Assembly: GCA_035084275.1 (NCBI GenBank) | Contig: CM068769.1 | Span: forward strand, 1,736,001-1,800,000 | DNA from: Hydrolagus colliei | Lineage: Eukaryota | Direction: 5' to 3' | DNA length: 64,000 nucleotides | In this document: piece after piece, positions 1 to 12,199 of the stretch | Numbering within the stretch: the stretch's first letter is position 1 | How the letters are laid out: the number at the start of each line of letters is the position of its first letter | Made by a program: the position numbers and the translations under genes | The notes under the pieces: generated by a model | Database searches by the model: none | What the model saw: the letters and a program-made list of their open reading frames with translations, nothing else | What the model was told of the DNA's origin: nothing

Positions 1-1059
1 TCCTTTCTCCACAAGCCTAATAGTAATCTCTCAAGCTAAAACAATAATACGTTAGTTACGCAATCCACGAATTGGTGGAAATTGATGGAGGCAATTGGCC
101 GCATATACATATCCCACAAATATACAATCCATTCAGTTTATAGTATACTTTGGAAATCGCTTTGGCACATCCAGAATATACGTAAAGCTCTGTATCATAT
201 TCCAAAAAATATCAAAGGCAAAAATAAACCGCCTATGCAGGATATCCTACAACCACAGACATGATATGGCAATATATCAAACGCAAGCATTATGATTGGT
301 AACTCAAGTTAACTCACTCTTCATGTACCCTAGTTTACACTGGTTATTAAGCAGATTGGAAAGATAGGGAGGTTCGAGCACATGATGTAGTCGGGAAATA
401 TTGAAATTGATTCAATACTTTTTGAACCGTGTACTCTGGTACGTATTCGAAAGGTGGGGGTAAGGAATTTTGTATCGGAATTCGAGAGAGCAGCAAAAAG
501 GCAAAGTCGAACCAGGAAGTGACAAGGCTTAGTCTGTTGTTGCGGCCGCTTCGGATGTGATTTACGAATTGTCAAACTTTAAATATGGCACTAGCCAGGG
601 AACCGATATGGGGTTGTAAGAAACCTATGTATGGAACAAGGTGCCAAACTTCCACACAGTGAGTCGGATGGAGCCTTCATCGATGAAAATATGTTCAAAC
701 GTGCATTCGTTGAAGGAAGCCAATAAATATGGCTTCCATTTTACTGCCATTCACCTGCGCAAAGTTTACACTCATTCAATAGTTGATGTCCCCAAATCAG
801 CTAACAAGTCACCAGCCCACAGGCAGTCATCGCTTTGGAAGTAGATTTTTGGTGCAATACACAGTTAAATTGAAGTTGATCCCCAAGGCTGCAGATGGCA
901 TCCCCAAGAGGGAACATGTATGTGTAGAAAAGACCGGGACCAGGGTTTGCACATTGTGGAACACTGTAGATGGCCGAGCAGAGGGGGGATGCACCATGAG
1001 CAGTTAGTGAAGTAGGACCAGATCCAAGAGATTGCAACAGCCATAACATTTCACTTGTA

Positions 1060-2480
1060 GAGCGCTATTTAAGTCGAGAGGACGACCCAATCCGCTGAAC
1101 AGACAGGAAAGGGCCTGGGAGAGGGAAAACTGTGGGGTGGAGGGGAGAGGCCAGAGAGAGGTAGGAGTCGAGGGAGAGTTGGGATGGCAGCAAAGGCACG
1201 GTCAAATAGGAGGGTCTTGAAATCGGCATTCAAGTAGGAGAGTCAAAGTGACACTGGGATGCAGTTCCAGAGTGTGGAATTAGAGAGGCTGAATGCCCAT
1301 CCGCTGCTGGTAGGTCGTGTCAGGTGGTAGATACGGAGCATACCGGAGCCCGATGAACAGAGGTGGTGGGGAATTTTATAGTGGGCAGCAGGTCGTTGTG
1401 ATGGATGGATAGACAAAGCTGGGAAGATAGGAGTGATTTTGCTGCGGAGATTGGTACGGATGAAAACACGAGCTACAGGGTTCTGGAGATGTTGACCTTC
1501 TGACGGGAAGACCCAGGATTGCCGACGAGGAGGGAATTTCCGTAGTCGAGCCTTGATTCGATGATTTCGTGGACCAGGCTTTCGGCTGCCTGTGGGTGAG
1601 GCAGTGGCAGAGGCTGGCAATGTTTCGAAGTGGGTGGAAGGAAGCTATTGCTCAAGGCATGGATGTGGGGGTGGAAGCACATTTAAGGGTCGAACAAGAC
1701 GTCCATTTTCCTGAGTCGCTTAAAGGGCGGTGAGTGCCCCTCTGGATGCTAATGGCGTCAGCGACTGAGCTGCAGAGGCGCTGATCCGAGCAGCTCAGGA
1801 GGGCTTCAGTGTTGCGGAGACACAACTGGACAATTTTGTTTTTTGTCCAGGGTTCAATGTTAGACAGGCAGTGAGGACGTTAGTGAGAACGTGGAGTTGA
1901 GGGTGGAAGCAAAAAGATAGAGTTGGGTGTGATCCGCATGCATTTCAAAATTTACCTCATGTCTGCGAATGATGTCACCGAGAGGATCAAACAGAGTGTG
2001 AAGAGAAGGGGATCAAAGACAGAGTACTGAGGAATTCCGCACGAGACAGACCCACTATGTTGGCGATGGAATGAATTGATGTTATGCAGGATGGCTTGAT
2101 CGAGAGTGTCGAATATGGCAGAGACGTCAAAAAGAATGAAGAGGCAGAGAAAGATCTTGTCACAGAGAGATGACGACATTTGTTCATTTGATGCGCGCTG
2201 TCTATGTGATATAGGCAAGGCGTAAACTGGATTAGATTTGTGATAGGCGCCAAATCGTTGATGTAAGTGGGATAGAGAGTATTTGTTTTAGGAAATAACG
2301 ATGGTGGTTTTCAATAGAAATTGAATAGTACTCGAGGAACGAGATTGCTTGAGTGTGACATTCAAAATTAGGCAAGGGAGTGGGATTTTTTGAAATATGC
2401 TCTGTGTGAAGCGGCTCGAGGCAGCAGGTACTGATCTTGATTTTTGTGCTGCTGGGGAAAAGTGAAGCGGGTACGGTTTG
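1060..2480 (-). mobile_element. L2-clade LINE fragment (RT C-terminus and 3' region), degenerate
   Basis: Minus-strand ORFs give AAESLVHEIIESRLDYGNSLLVG (1473-1682) and LFILFDVSAIFDTLDQAIL (1952-2218), which are typical L2 ORF2 RT motifs. Frameshifted; boundaries approximate. Confidence 0.8.
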
Positions 2481-2936
2481 GGACAATAACTGAAGGGAAC
2501 ATGCAGTAATAGAAGGAAATCTTGCCGAAGGAGGCGTGGGGCTAGAGGCACATTTTTTGCGGAGTGTGGGGTGGGGATTGTGGGGTGCAGGGGCATAGAA
2601 GTCATCCAATTTGCTGTTTTTTATCTTGAAGATAAAGGAGTGGAATACCATATCACAGTTGAAATAATTGTGGAACACGCTCCCTCAAGCCCTACCGATT
2701 GCCTGCTTTCCCTCTTTTCAATTAGTATCCGAAACATTTTTGACCGTGGTTACGGCCAACTATCCATCCATATCCTCCTCCACGCTGGCTCTAACATTCA
2801 CCATTTGCATTCGCATGGAGAGGCTGTCCTGCGTGTAGGTCTCCATATAAGTCCAAGTTATTGTTGTTGAGAATGCCACGCAGCACCTCTAGCTTGTTAA
2901 GCCATTGTATAAGTAAATGACTGATCTGTTCTACAC

Positions 2937-3139
2937 GTTGAATTACAAGCTTTTGACAGTTTGATATGTTTTCCTCGCAAAAAACACCTATCAATCTCAA
3001 TCTTCAAAGCTGGAACATGCTTAAAACTGAGATATGTGAATTTCAACAGAGGCAAGCTGTTTCAAAGACCCTCGAAGTTCGAGCATATTTATCAATGCAG
3101 AAATCTGGAAAGGCCATGCATGCCAAATAAGTTATAGTC
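2937..3139 (-). pseudogene. Degenerate fourth coding exon of the GBP-like gene
   Basis: Acceptor ttcag| at 3140. The frame continues from exon 3 as (S)TITYLA (cf. GBP YVTELT) but hits TGA at 3043-3045. A GT follows at 2936, giving 203 nt, which matches my recollection of the equivalent GBP1 exon size. Little protein similarity beyond the first residues. Confidence 0.4.
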
Positions 3140-3764
3140 CTGAATCCAAGCGTACAATAGTAATAAAAATATTTGCGTTTGATATAGCGCTTTTCACATC
3201 TAATCGACGTCCCAAAGCGCTTCACAGAAGATACTGCAAACTGAATTGACTATAATTGTACGGGAAACGCTGCAGCCGATTGCGCTCAACAGTGTCCCAC
3301 GAACAGACGTGGAATTAAAACAAACTATATTTGTTATTCTTTCTTTTTAGATGTATTTCAATAACTACCAATACAGTACCATTGGAAGATTCGACTCAAT
3401 GGTACTGCAGAATTACAGAAAAACAGGACGATTCACAATGCTCAGGTTAATCAGTTCGTATCAGTGTGTGAACTTTCACAGCACAGACTCGTCGATGTAT
3501 TCCACTATAAAACAGTATAACCATCTTGAAGCGAATTGAGAACAAAAACACGTGCGTTTATGATAATTGTTGCATTTGGTTGTGATGCGACTAGAGAAAT
3601 TAAAGTTACTTTTATAATAATCTTTTAATTGTTTATAGTTGCTGATCAGATGTGAAGGAAGTATGAAAGCGCGTCAAAGGACACCACGTAAAATGATTGT
3701 CTGTATATGTATAGTCAAATATATGAAACTCAAGTTCTTTGTTAAAGTAATGAGTGAAGGATAC

Positions 3765-3874
3765 GAGATATGTGTGAGATCGAAGCTGTCGATAGGAACC
3801 GTGCTGTTGTAGATCAGGAAGTTGCTCAAAAACAAACACAGCGCAAAGATGCATTTGTTGTTCCACTCATTGCC
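3765..3874 (-). CDS. GBP-like coding exon 3 (110 nt)
   Basis: ccgcag|GGC...ATC TC|gtatcc. Encodes GNEWNNKCIFALCLFLSNFLIYNSTVPIDSFDLTHI, aligning with GBP1 [36 protein letters not shown]. Phase 0 in, phase 2 out. Confidence 0.85.
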
Positions 3875-5032
3875 CTGCGGATAAACAGACATACGGCATT
3901 ACTTAATGTATAATACCGTTGTAAATTTATTGATAGATGTAATTCACGTAAAGCATTTAAATTATTTACAACAACTTCTACCACGCCGAAAACTGCCATT
4001 GAACTCCCCCAGACACCTCCTACCACATATTATCCTCTGGTTCATTAATCAGTTGTTGTTCCGTTTGTCTTTTTAATTTCTGAGAATTGAACCTACACTT
4101 TCCCACTTCTGACATCATCCTCAACTATGCATTTTGCATGTAGTTCATGCACACAGAATCAATCTGTGATTAGCATTATTGTTCGCTATCTCTGACCTCG
4201 ACACATCTGACTTCGCTTACTCTTGCTTCTTCGCCGCTCATCTTGCCCACTTCCAGTCGAAACGTTAGCAGTGAGATTTTCATGGTCACAGTTGTCAATA
4301 CTGTTCTCTCCACCTGTAATCACGGTTCCCTTCTTCCAGATTCTTGATATCCCTTTTGCATTCGATCATTCGAACCGGCTCCATGCTTCTTTTCCCACTG
4401 AATTGGTGCTTCCCTACATTGATTCTTACCATCATAGCATTTCCAAGTTTGCTCATCCATTGCTTTCTCCCTTTCACCATCATTCAGAAAATTCCCCGAG
4501 GGTTGTAGCCAGCATTCACATCTCTTTAAAATCTATGCGCTCTCTCTCGTCGTTCACATTCGCATACATTCTGTCAACTTCCATATGTATGCTGACCAGG
4601 TCCAACTATCTATTTGATTGATTGTTTTCAGGACCACTGCTACTCATTCATGATGTTCTGGATAAGATCAAAGCGACTCATATTCAGTACTATTTTGAAA
4701 TATATTTAGTGGAGTCGTACTTCATGGCATTATTTAAATTTTCTCTTTCCCGCTCTCCTGATTAAGATTCATGGAAATAAAAGTTATAATTTTAGGCATG
4801 ATTTCCATGTTGGACTTATCATCAAATATTTTCGTTATCTTAATCCCGTCAATGAAATCAATGGGAGAGTGAAGAGCAAACTATACTGACAAACTGATCT
4901 ATACATTCCTGGGTACATCCTCCTAAATGTGAACTGCAATCTGTTTTCAATACCTGCAATGTTGCGAACATAAATCTAAACAAGTTTTGTATCAATGTCG
5001 CATTTCCCTAATTTGCTTTTGAATCCACTTAC

Positions 5033-5160
5033 CACCCGAACTTCATCCAGATCTTCAGAAACCAGCAGTACTAGGCGGAGGTTACGTTTTGCAGGGTGAG
5101 CCATGCACCACATCCAGATACCTTTGGTCCCAACCCGAGCATTGGAAATATCGAAGAAAC
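5033..5160 (-). CDS. GBP-like coding exon 2 (128 nt)
   Basis: tacag|GT TTC...CGG GTG|gtaagt. Encodes GFFDISNARVGTKGIWMWCMAHPAKRNLRLVLLVSEDLDEVRV (GBP signature TKGIWMWC..HP). Confidence 0.9.
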
Positions 5161-5609
5161 CTGTATTACCCCAAATAAACACGTTAGATGTAGCGAATAA
5201 AGTCGGTTCATCCAGAAGCAACATTAAATGTACATTATATCTCAATATCTACCCTGCCCAAATGATCACTTGCATAGTGTTAAGAAATAATGGAAATGTC
5301 CTTTAGTATCAAAACTATTTAAATGAAAATTGCTTCTCCAAATCAGCCGGCACAATACGCTTCGTAGTGCATGCCTTATCAATGTTGGATCGAGCAACGA
5401 ATACAGGATGGAATTTTTGGGCTGAACAGAGCCGTTCACACGAGTGCAGGTGACCAAACCTGTAAAACATTCTGCAGTTGTGTTCTTATCAGAGTGGAGT
5501 AGGTGTCCATGAGGTTTTTACTCAACCACAATGAAATAGACAATAACAACCGCAACAACATTACAGATAGGATCGCATTTCACGTCGGGTTGACGTGTAA
5601 ACAAAATAC

Positions 5610-5820
5610 CTTTCTCTTTGCCCGCCAATCTTTCCATCAAAAACGAAGTTGCTGAGTTGCTTGGCCCCACATTTGCCACCACTACGACCTGCTGTGTGAT
5701 CTCGGACAGGATCTTCAATGCCTCAGAATTTACACAGAGCTGACCTGAGGCTCTGCTTTCTATCAGACAAACGGGACAATCTTCTGTCTGGCTGGGCTGG
5801 CATCCCTCTGTAGCCATCAT
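5610..5820 (-). CDS. Guanylate-binding protein (GBP family) first coding exon
   Basis: ATG at 5820; PVCLIESRASGQLCVNSEALKILSEITQQVVVVANVGPSNSATSFLMERLAGKEK matches the GBP N-terminus. Donor G|gtattt at 5609. An upstream acceptor (ttttacag| at 5867) places the ATG in an internal exon. Family is clear; orthology cannot be assigned. Confidence 0.9.
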
Positions 5821-6479
5821 GGACTGTGAGCTCCTTCAGTTAGACACGTCGAGACATTTCATTAATCTGTAAAATAACGAAGCCGTTTTATATCAATTAA
5901 TATAAAAAATCTCTCACTCTCAGCAAATAAAAAAAAGAATAAATTACATTGAAAGTGAAAGAGACATGCCGTGATATTGGAAGAAGTTTAATTTGAGTGA
6001 GGGATCACTGCTGTTTGAAATTGGTACTGGATTTATATGGAAGCAACTTGTGTGACGTTGGACGACGTGTGACGTTGGATGTGTGGTGACAACTACTGTT
6101 GACAGAAATTTCGTAAGAGACTGGAAGAATTTGCTGAGGCTTCTGATGCTAACAATATTTAATTGCATCAGTTAGTAAATATAGTTTTTGTTGCTTCGTT
6201 GATACAGGTCAAGCATTCACATGTTCCCATTGTTGTATCGGTTGCAAACAATTTAATTACATCACTTTCTCATCCATATTTATTTACAATGACTGAATAA
6301 TGTAACGAAAATAAGGAGCAGAGCTGCTCATGATACAGATGTTTGGGAGAAATTGTATTTCAGGGTCGAACAAGACACCAAGGTTCCTCACTGGATTGGT
6401 GAAGTGGATGCTGTTGCTGCCAGTGCATAAACGATGGAGGCTCTAGCACAATACAATAGTAAGACAATAATTAACCAAC

Positions 6480-6790
6480 ATAAATATCCATGTATTTGAT
6501 GTAGCGCTTTTCACATCTTTTCGACTTATCAAAGTGCTTCATATAATGTACTTTAAAGTGAACTGACTCTGTGTTTGTGGGCGAATCGCGGCAGCGAATT
6601 GCGCACAGCCGGGTCCCACAAACAGACGAGGGTGGAAATGACCAATTGTTATTGTTGTTGTTTTTTGCAAGGATTATTTTTAGACGTGTAGACTAAAGAA
6701 ACTTGGCAAAACCTTCTCCCCGATCCGCCTGAATTCGCACAAATTTCTCATACATGTAAGGCGAATGCTCTGACCAGTGCTCCCCTGGAG
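6480..6790 (-). mobile_element. tRNA-derived SINE with L2-like 3' tail
   Basis: Minus-strand tRNA-like head (ggagcactggtcagagcattcgccttac...gcgaattcagg) and tail aagcactttgataagtcgaaaagatgtgaaaagcgctacatcaaa. This family recurs more than 20 times in the window. Confidence 0.75.
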
Positions 6791-8835
6791 CTCCACATGA
6801 TACATGCCTACAGATCACGGAATTTATCCTCTGTGAGTCCGTGCGGTGTGATATGAATAGTCGAAGTTGTTGTTGTTAAGAACATAGGAGCAGCAAAACG
6901 TGTGTTTTACACTATTGCCAAATAGTTTAAAACACTCGGGATTTGGAATTATCTGTACTTTCAGATAATTTAATGAGTGCAATTCAAACTGCAACACACA
7001 ATGATTAAAAACATAATATATTTGCATTGTTTGCTGTTAAAATGTTATGCACAATTTATTGTGGTTTCGCATAATTTAAACACTTAAAATGTAATTGCAC
7101 TCTATCCATACTATTCATGCTGTAATTTCTGGACTCTGTAGCAGTAAAAGCTAATCAAGAGTCCATGATATCAGAGAATTGTTTCTACTTTTTTATGCTC
7201 CTACTCAAAAGCCAGTCTGCTTGTCATCATATTTTTTCATTATGGTATTTGTTCAATTGTTAAATTAATATTATTGTTGAAATTCTTCCTTTGTTGTTTA
7301 TTGTTGTTGTACCCTATGCCCCCTTTTGTTCGACAGGCTCCTCAACTCCATTCCACCTTTATTTAACATCGATGAATGAAATCCCACTGTTGACTTTAGC
7401 ATGGCTGGTCTGAGGTTCACACGCTGATCATTCTTCGCATTTTCTGCAGGGGGAAAATACTTTCAACCCTCCATTCCTCTACACAAAACTGGTATTCAAT
7501 ACAGCATGAACAATTGTGGCCAGAGCATGCGTTATTGACTCGCTTCTTCACCCAGTAGTCTAGGGTATCAATGATCTAGACGAGCGCATTGAATACAACG
7601 TACGTAACCTCGCGGATGATACTAAACTAGGTGGGAGAGTAAACTGATGCAAAAAGTTTGCAACGGGATATAGATAGGCTACGGGAGCGGGCAAGGAGTT
7701 CGCTGGTGGAATTTGATGTGTGGAAGTGTGAACTTATTCACCTAGGTAGTAAAAAGAGAAAAACAGATTATTTTTAAAATAGGAATAGATTAGATAGTGT
7801 TAGTGAGGCATTTGGGTGTCCTTGTACACCAGCCGCAAAAAGTTAGTTGGCAGTTACTGCATGCAAACAAATGGCGAACGGCATGTTAGCGTTGATTACA
7901 AAAACTGTAGAGCACAAGAGTAGCAAAGTCTTGCTGCAACAGAATAGGAGCTTGGTGAGACCGCACCTACGGAATTGTGTGCAGTTTTCGTCTCCTTATT
8001 TAAAAAAGGCATACTTGTCTTAGAGCTATTGCAGCGTAGATTCACTAGGTTACTTCCACGGATGAGTGGACTAACCTATGAGGATAGGTTGAATAAACTA
8101 GGGCTGTAGTCTCTAGAGTACAGAAGAATTAGAGAAGATATTATTGAACCAGATAGGATTCTTAAAGGGCTAGATAAAGTAGACAATGAGGGACTGTTTC
8201 CCCTGGTAGGAGAATGTAAAACCAGGGGTCATATTCTTAAAATGAAGGGTCAGCTTTCTTGGAATAACTCACAAAGCGTTTAGTTTATTCGTGTAAAGCA
8301 CAAACAGCCATTTAATATACTAACGGACGAAAGGAGAAATACCCTCACAGGTCAGATACCCGAGGTAGTACCTCTAAGGAACTAATAGAAACACAACAGT
8401 TTATATATTATTCTTTTGCACGCCATATGACAGTAGTATAAGTTCTAGGGAACGGCGATTAATCGGTTTTTCGATTAAACCCGATATGATTTTCAGATCG
8501 GTATGCCGATATGGTGATTCTAAAAAACTGTTATATCGAGAGATTCGATTTTAAAAATATACATCGATATATTTTTAATATCGTTCCTGGCAATATATCA
8601 ATATTGTTGGTATTAGCAGTGTAATGCGACCTTTTCCAGCTTACCTTGTGGCCGGCATTGCAACCTCCTGGATCTAGAGCATGGAATGCGCGTACATTCG
8701 GTGCGCGCGCACAATTAACGGGCGCGCACATCCGATCAGCGCGCACTCTTTACCGTGTATACTCGACGTGAGTCGTGGCGTCTTAACAAAGTCGCATCGC
8801 TGAAAATTGTAGTTTGAAAATTTACCTGTCTCATC

Positions 8836-9486
8836 ATGGGGAAAAGAAGCCCCGTATGGGACTACTGTGAAAACAATGCAGTCAGTAATGGTGTGTATAG
8901 ATGTACAGTTTGCAAGGTCTTGGTTAAGACATCTGATTCGAGCACGAGCAACCTCCGACATCACATTAAGCAGCACCACCCCGCCCAGCACGCTGCCCTC
9001 AGAGCGAAATCATTGTCGACAACAGCAGGAAGTCGAAACAGCGCTTCGGAGAAAGCGACAGGTAGTGGGGCCAGTACAGCTCAAACAATTCCTGCTTTAT
9101 TTAAGAGGAGAACATTGTACCAGAGAGGGTACAAAAAGTGGCAAAGTATCACGAACGCTGTCACTTTTTGCATAGAAAAGGAGAGCTTGCCAATGGCGAA
9201 GGATATTAATTCAGACTTCAGACTACCTAAAAATAAGTGGCATTTTGTGGCTGTAAGTGTTATTGTTGTGTGTGAGAGAGTTAGAAGCCAGATTATCAAT
9301 GCTTCTATGTGTGTGTCTAGTCAGACACACACAGCAGTGATAATCTGGCTTCTAACTCTAAAAGTCATACTGTCTGTCTCTCTCTTTTCTATTGTAATAG
9401 ATCTCATTTACACGTGGACATTACATGCTAGTTTCAAGCAACAAATGGAGGAGAATATATCTCTGGATTTTGTTTTTGGTGTGTGA
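8836..9486 (+). CDS. Truncated hAT transposase N-terminus with BED zinc finger (ZBED1-like)
   Basis: MGKRSPVWDYC...CTVCKVLVKTSDSSTSNLRHHIKQHH = BED finger, followed by ITNAVTFCIEKESLP typical of ZBED1-type transposases. No DDE core; homology is lost after ~135 aa, near a gtaagt donor. Confidence 0.85.
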   Translation: MGKRSPVWDYCENNAVSNGVYRCTVCKVLVKTSDSSTSNLRHHIKQHHPAQHAALRAKSLSTTAGSRNSASEKATGSGASTAQTIPALFKRRTLYQRGYKKWQSITNAVTFCIEKESLPMAKDINSDFRLPKNKWHFVAVSVIVVCERVRSQIINASMCVSSQTHTAVIIWLLTLKVILSVSLFSIVIDLIYTWTLHASFKQQMEENISLDFVFGV

Positions 9487-9499
9487 GTGTTCTATTTTA

Positions 9500-10260
9500 T
9501 GTTTAGAGCTGAAGGGAAAGGAGGAGAGGGGGATAGTTGGGAGAGAAGGAGAGAGGAAGAGAGGAGAGGGAGGGAGAGAATGAGAGGGGGGAATGAGGGA
9601 GAGAAGGAGCGTGGGGAAAAGGAGGGAGGGAGGGAGGGAGGGAGAGAAGGAGAGGGGGAAAGTTGGGAGAGAAGGAGAGAGGAAGAGAGAAGAGGGAGGG
9701 AGAGAAGGAGAGGGTGAAAGGAGGGAGAGAAGGAGCGAGTGGAAAGGAGGTAGAGAAGGAGAGTGTAAGAGAGGAGAGGGTGGGAGGGAGAGAATGAGGG
9801 GGGGAAAGGAGGGAGAGAAGGAGCGAGGGGAGGGAGGGAGAGAAGGAGAGAGGGGAGGGAGGGAGTGGGGGAAAGTTGGTAGAGAAGGAGAGAGCAAGAG
9901 AGGAGAGGGAGGGAGAGAAGGAGAGGGCGGGAGAGAAGGAGAGGGGGAAAAGAGGGAGAGAAGGAGCGAGTGGAAAGGAGGGAGAGAAGGCGAGAGGGGA
10001 GGGAGGGAGAGAAAGAGAAGGAGAGAGGGGAGGGAGAGAAGGAGAGGGGGAAAGGAGGGAGAGAAGGAGAGAGGGGAGGGAGGGAGAGAAGTAGAGAGTG
10101 GAGGGAGAGAAGGAGCGAGGGAGGGAGGGAGGGAGAGAAGGAGAGGGGGAAAGGAGGGAGAGGAGAGTGGGACAGTGGATGGGGAGGGTGAGAAGGAGAG
10201 GGGAAAGGAGGGAGAGAAGGAGAGAGGAGAGGAGAGAGAGAAGGATTGGGGGAGGTAGGG
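9500..10260. repeat. GA-rich (GGAGGGAGAGAA-type) low-complexity repeat inside the hAT element
   Basis: Purine-only tandem variants. This repeat accounts for the long Pro/Ser/Leu and Arg/Glu/Gly ORFs in the track. Confidence 0.95.
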
Positions 10261-12199
10261 AGCAAACAACATCGTATAATTCAACAGACCTTGACACCAA
10301 CATTACAAACTTTCTGGACATAGAGCACGCATTTCGAAATGTGCGTGCACCGCGACTGCGCGCGCATCGTCAGTGCGGCCGCACCGTCAATGCGCGCGCA
10401 CCGCGACTGAGCGCGCACCATAAATGCGCGCGCGCCATCAATGCACGCGCACTTCGAATGCACGCGCATGCGCAGTATAAATACTCGATAGATCGGTTTA
10501 AGCAGGTATGAGCAAACCGATATATCCATATCCGGAAAAATCCCATATCGCCGTTCCCTAATAAGTTCCTTTATCCAATTACAGCAATCCACCTAATCAA
10601 TAAAAGTGAATGCGAGAAGAGAGTTGAACTTTATTTACATTAGCCATGGGGTGCAAAAAGGGCAGAATCTGTTAAAACAGAACTAGACAATCACAAGTTG
10701 CTAACTGATAGATTGCAATTTTCAAAGAAAGAAGTAAATCGTATTTAATGATCAGGCATATACTGAATTAATTGATTACCAAATACAATAACAAGCAGGG
10801 AATGTCTAATTTAAGCAAGTACAAGCCTTTCTCCCTTCTTCGGTCTGAACTATGTCATACAACTGACGTTTGCTGATAACCCTGCTGACCTCTGGAATTT
10901 CTAACGGAGACTAAGAAACAGCTAACAATGTCCAGGGGAAATCTAAGAAACAGCTAATATGGTTTCCGATTTTTAACATGGTTTCCACACAGCCTTTTAC
11001 AACAGAGGTGAGGAAACATTTCTTCACTCAGAGGGTAGTGAATTTATGGAAGGCTGTAGATGCTCACTCCTTGAACATTTTCAAAGCTGAGACTGATATC
11101 TTTTTCAAAAATAGAAGGATTAGGGGATATGGTAATTACAGTTAGGTGAGAAGATCAGCCATTATCTTACCGAATGGCAGGGCAGGCTACAGAAGCCCAA
11201 TGGCCTACTCCTGCTCCCAATTCTTATGTTCTTATGATATATGCATATATATCAATCTGGACAAATGATATATGCAATCTGGGCAAGGGGAGCTTGAGCA
11301 ACATCAACCTTTTTAATGTTTCCTCTCTGTGTCATCTTATCCTATCTAATTTCTTGCATCTACCAATACTGTGGAATTGGCTGCATACTCTCTATACATG
11401 TAATTTTGGTGTTGCATATACTAACAAAGTGAGTATTCGCTCTTTCGCTCTCAATCAATTGATCATGCTACTCCAATGTTATCTTTGCTGCTACACCACG
11501 TCGTTGAAAACAACCCAGATTGCAATTCGCTCATATATATTGCTGAGAGATTGCTTTTATACTCATAACATGTTTGGTTACTATCTGCTTCGAAATAGAA
11601 AGTCACTAATAAATATGTAAAGGTTGACAGATAACAAGAGAGAGTGATACACCTATATAACGATACAAGAGACGAAAAGTGAAACAAAGTGAGAAAGAAA
11701 ATGACTATGCCAGCTCTTTCATTCAAATAGAATCCACGTGGTTCTTCAATGTGAAACTGTTAAGAATTTTTTGCTGCTATTGAATACAACATGTGAGGAT
11801 TAATTTTGTTAATATTCTGACTGCATTGTTAATGAACTACAAATCAACAAAGATGACAAGTCACCTGAACAAGATGATCTACATGCAAGCCTAATGTTAG
11901 GATTTGGGAATGGCTAATCCAGCACAGTACTTTTTTCGAAAAGTGTGATTGAGTTAATCGAGGAAGCTGCATGTCAATTATCTTAACACTGGTTGTGGAC
12001 AAAATATTAGAAATTATAATAAAAGGGGAATAATTTGTTATCTGCAGAAATAAACTGTGGTGAAGGCAGGCAGTCAAGAAGAGATAACCATTACAAAACG
12101 AAAAGGTGTAGTTGTCCTGTGTATAAGTTTCCAGAAAGAGTTTGCTAATACAACAGCAAGAACGTTTAAATTTTGAGTGCCTTTCACTTCGGGAGTACG

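Larger units (their letters stand above)
8446..10560 (+). mobile_element. Internally deleted hAT DNA transposon (2115 bp)
   Basis: Perfect 14-bp TIRs TAGGGAACGGCGAT / ATCGCCGTTCCCTA, perfect 8-bp TSD ATAAGTTC (8438-8445 and 10561-10568), subterminal CGATAT and GCGCGC-rich repeats, and a BED-finger ORF. Confidence 0.95.
8260..11001 (-). mobile_element. Solo LTR-like element (~620 bp net) interrupted by the hAT element
   Basis: On the minus strand it reads TGTAAAAGG...TATATAAA...AATAAA...TTATTCCA (TG...CA ends, TATA and polyA signals) and sits inside the CR1. No target-site duplication was found, so the call is tentative. Confidence 0.5.
7560..11240 (+). mobile_element. CR1 LINE 3' part (7560-8259 and 11002-11240), split by a nested insertion
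   Basis: Degenerate RT (INDLDE...ADDTKLGG; LVRPHL; RLNKLGL*SLEYRRIREDIIE). After the insertion the CR1 3' region resumes at acagaggtgaggaaacatttcttcactcagaggg and ends in an (ttcttatg)n tail. Confidence 0.85.

Noticed and set aside
330-1010. Coding-like stretch that might be further GBP exons
   Set aside because: No frame gave a convincing match to the GBP helical domain and no consistent splice sites were found.
4800-4955. Alternative GBP exon 3 candidate (GGCTQECIDQF)
   Set aside because: The exon at 3765-3874 fits far better in sequence, size and phase.
9421-10321. Several 200-290-aa ORFs on both strands
   Set aside because: They are translations of the GA-rich simple repeat, with low-complexity Pro/Ser/Leu or Arg/Glu/Gly content.
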